From an uncultured Candidatus Rokubacteria bacterium (GTDB lineage Bacteria; Methylomirabilota; Methylomirabilia; Rokubacteriales; CSP1-6), in contig CAVUPM010000002.1 in assembly GCA_963743355.1 (NCBI GenBank), positions 2,546,825-2,610,824 of the forward strand: a stretch of 64,000 bases of DNA, in the 5' to 3' direction. The notes beneath the pieces are model-generated. The model had not been told where the DNA came from and did not search any database. It saw only the letters and a list, made by a program, of their open reading frames with translations. Of the stretch, positions 61,980-64,000 are shown in pieces. The first letter of the stretch is position 1. Each line of letters begins with the position of its first letter. The translations under genes were made by a program, and so were the position numbers.

Positions 61980-64000
61980 GAGCCCGGCTCGGGACGTGGG
62001 TGGCCCGCACTCGAGGGTTGCCGGCTCCGTGCGTTGTCGGGAGAGAAGACTTCGTCGTACGCAGCTCGCACCCTCGACGTGCGCTCGCGGTAGGCGGCCA
62101 GGAATGCGTCGCGGGAGGCGAGGCCGAGTGCGCTGGCCACGCGGGCGGGCATCGGGCCGGCCAGCTCCAGCGTGTCGCTGGGGCGAGCGCCGAGAAGACG
62201 CAGGGCCGTCGAGACGCGGCGCAGGAACCGATAGTCGTCGCTCAGCCGGGCGGCGGCCGCCGCCGGCAGCGCCCCCACGCGGACCAGCCCGGCCAGGGCC
62301 GCGGTCGTGGACGTCCGTCGCACGTCGGGATGCGTGGCGCCGTGCACGAGCTGGAGCGCCTGGGTCAGGAACTCGACGTCCACGAGGCCGCCGCGGCCGA
62401 ACTTCACGTGCCACCGGCCCGGCGTCTCCTTGCCCAGCTCCAGCTCCATCCGCGTCCGCACCTCCCCGATCTCCTTCAGCGCGCTGTGGGGCAGGGGCGC
62501 CCCGTACACGAGCCCCCGCAGCGTCGCCCGCACCCGGCGGCCCAGCGCGCGATCGCCCAGCACGAGGCGCGCGCGGGTCAGGGTCTGGCGCTCCCACAGG
62601 TCCCCGTGCTCCTCATAGTACCGTCGTAGCGCATCGACGGAGGCCGCGAAGCCACTGCCCTTGCTGCCGGGTCGCAAGCGCAGGTCGACGGCGAACGCCA
62701 CCCCGGCCGGAGTGATGTCGCCGAGCGCGCCGGCCAGTCGCTCGACGGCGCCGCTGTAGAAGGTGTGGGCGTCCACCGGGGCGGCGCCGTCGGTCATCCC
62801 GTCGCGGGATCCCGGCGTGTCGAACACGACGAACAGGTCGAGGTCGGAGCCCGTCGTCAGCTCGCGCCCCCCCAGCTTGCCGACCCCGACGATCACGGCG
62901 GGGACGAAGCGACCACGGTCGTCGCGCGGCACGCCGTGGCGCTCGACCTGGGCGCCGAGCGCCATCAGCCAGCCGGCCTGCAGCGTGGCCTCGGCGAGCC
63001 CGGTCATCTCGCGGGCGTAGCGCTCGATCGTGGTCACCCCCAGCAGGTAGCGCCACACGATCGTCAGCTCCTCGGCTTGCTTGATCCGGCGCAGCCGGTC
63101 GCGCCGCTCGGCCGGCGCCGGGCCGGGCGCGAACACCGCCGCCAGCGCCGCGCCCAGGCTCGACCGCGTGCGCCGCCCCGCGAGCGATGCCGGATCGGCC
63201 AGCGACGCCAGCAGCTCGGGCTGCGTGATCAGGAGCTGCGTGAGCAGGTCGCCTCCGGCGCACAGGCGCACCAGGCCCTCGAGCAAGTGGGGGTCGTCAG
63301 CCAGCAGCTCGATGTAGCCGGCCCGGGGGCCGGCCGCCGACAGGAAGCGCTCGAACTGGTTCAGCGCCTCGTCGGGATCCGGGCTCTTCCAGAGCGCGTC
63401 GAGCAGCGCCGGGTAGAGCCGCTCGAGCGCCGCCCCGAGGGCGCCCGCGTAGGGCACCAGCGGGCGCCCCTCCAGGATCAGCCGGAGATTGTGGCGGGCG
63501 CGCTCGGGATCGGCGAAGCCGGTGGCCTGCAGCGCGACGAGCCCGGGCAGGCGCAGCCGTCGTCGCGACGGCGCCGGCCGCTCGCGGAAGAACTCGACGA
63601 ACGCCCGGTGCACGGCGGTCGTCACCGCCCGGTGGCGCGCGCGGAACGTGCGGGCCGCCGCCGCCGGCGACCCCTCGATGCCGAGCCGGCGGGCCAGACG
63701 CCCGAGCGACGGCGCGTCATCCGGCAGGGTGTGCGTCTGGAACTCGTGCAGCAGCTGTAGCCGGTGCTCGACGGTCCGCAGGTGCACGAGGGCGTGCGAC
63801 AGGGCGCGGCCGAGGGCGGGCGCCAGGAAGCCGCGCTCGGTGAGCCGGAAGAGCGCCTTGAGCGAGTTGCGCTCGCGCAGCCACGGGTCGTCGCCCCCGT
63901 ACAGGAGCTGCAGCGCCTGCACGATGAACTCGATCTCGCGGATGCCGCCGCGCCCGAGCTTGACGTTGGTCGCCAGCGACTCCCCGCGCCGGCCCAGCTC
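61976..64000 (-). CDS. glnE: Glutamine synthetase adenylyltransferase/adenylyl-removing enzyme GlnE, 5' end beyond the window
   Basis: Two nucleotidyltransferase repeats (GSDLDLFVVF...LRLRPGSKGSG and KFGRGGLVDVEFLTQALQL / KLGRGGIREIEFIVQALQL); TGA stop overlaps the polA ATG. Confidence 0.8.
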   Translation of the reverse strand, partial: ELGRRGESLATNVKLGRGGIREIEFIVQALQLLYGGDDPWLRERNSLKALFRLTERGFLAPALGRALSHALVHLRTVEHRLQLLHEFQTHTLPDDAPSLGRLARRLGIEGSPAAAARTFRARHRAVTTAVHRAFVEFFRERPAPSRRRLRLPGLVALQATGFADPERARHNLRLILEGRPLVPYAGALGAALERLYPALLDALWKSPDPDEALNQFERFLSAAGPRAGYIELLADDPHLLEGLVRLCAGGDLLTQLLITQPELLASLADPASLAGRRTRSSLGAALAAVFAPGPAPAERRDRLRRIKQAEELTIVWRYLLGVTTIERYAREMTGLAEATLQAGWLMALGAQVERHGVPRDDRGRFVPAVIVGVGKLGGRELTTGSDLDLFVVFDTPGSRDGMTDGAAPVDAHTFYSGAVERLAGALGDITPAGVAFAVDLRLRPGSKGSGFAASVDALRRYYEEHGDLWERQTLTRARLVLGDRALGRRVRATLRGLVYGAPLPHSALKEIGEVRTRMELELGKETPGRWHVKFGRGGLVDVEFLTQALQLVHGATHPDVRRTSTTAALAGLVRVGALPAAAAARLSDDYRFLRRVSTALRLLGARPSDTLELAGPMPARVASALGLASRDAFLAAYRERTSRVRAAYDEVFSPDNARSRQPSSAGHPRPEPGS

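Overview
The window is a 64 kb stretch of a very high-GC (about 70-72%) bacterial chromosome, gene-dense and apparently from a diderm (LolA, lipoproteins, Tat and Sec signal peptides, RNase J). No rRNA, tRNA or CRISPR was recognised.

Most of the content is housekeeping: aldehyde:ferredoxin oxidoreductase, rarA, ddl, murG, maf, a polyamine cluster (speE, speD, pyruvoyl-dependent arginine decarboxylase pdaD, agmatinase and a methyltransferase), rlmI, alaS, recX, recA, cinA, thpR, pgpA, rimO, yajQ, lolA, aat, a Liv-type branched-chain amino-acid ABC transporter, an ECF sigma/anti-sigma pair, two two-component systems, ftsK, RNase J, ksgA/rsmA, coaE, polA and the 3' part of glnE.

The features that stand out are:
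- recA is split by a 361-aa intein with a LAGLIDADG homing endonuclease at the RecA-a site, and the intein has lower GC than its host gene.
- A gene just upstream of rimO is built from about 12 near-identical 33-bp tandem repeats, encoding an 11-residue repeat ETRRYIDEQGV.
- A dispersed GC-rich double-hairpin repeat element of about 85 bp occurs at least 4 times; two copies form and truncate the 3' ends of genes.
- A perfect 44-bp inverted repeat sits between two convergent genes.
- Near-consensus sigma54, sigma70 and ECF-type promoters are readable directly, plus a palindromic candidate operator at recA.
- Four conserved genes (ftsK, coaE, an M23 peptidase and the anti-sigma factor) each carry an apparent 1-nt frameshift, and several conserved genes lack a canonical start codon. 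This points to consensus indel errors, or less likely to gene decay.

Many long ORFs in the six-frame track are antisense or out-of-frame artefacts of high GC and were not called.
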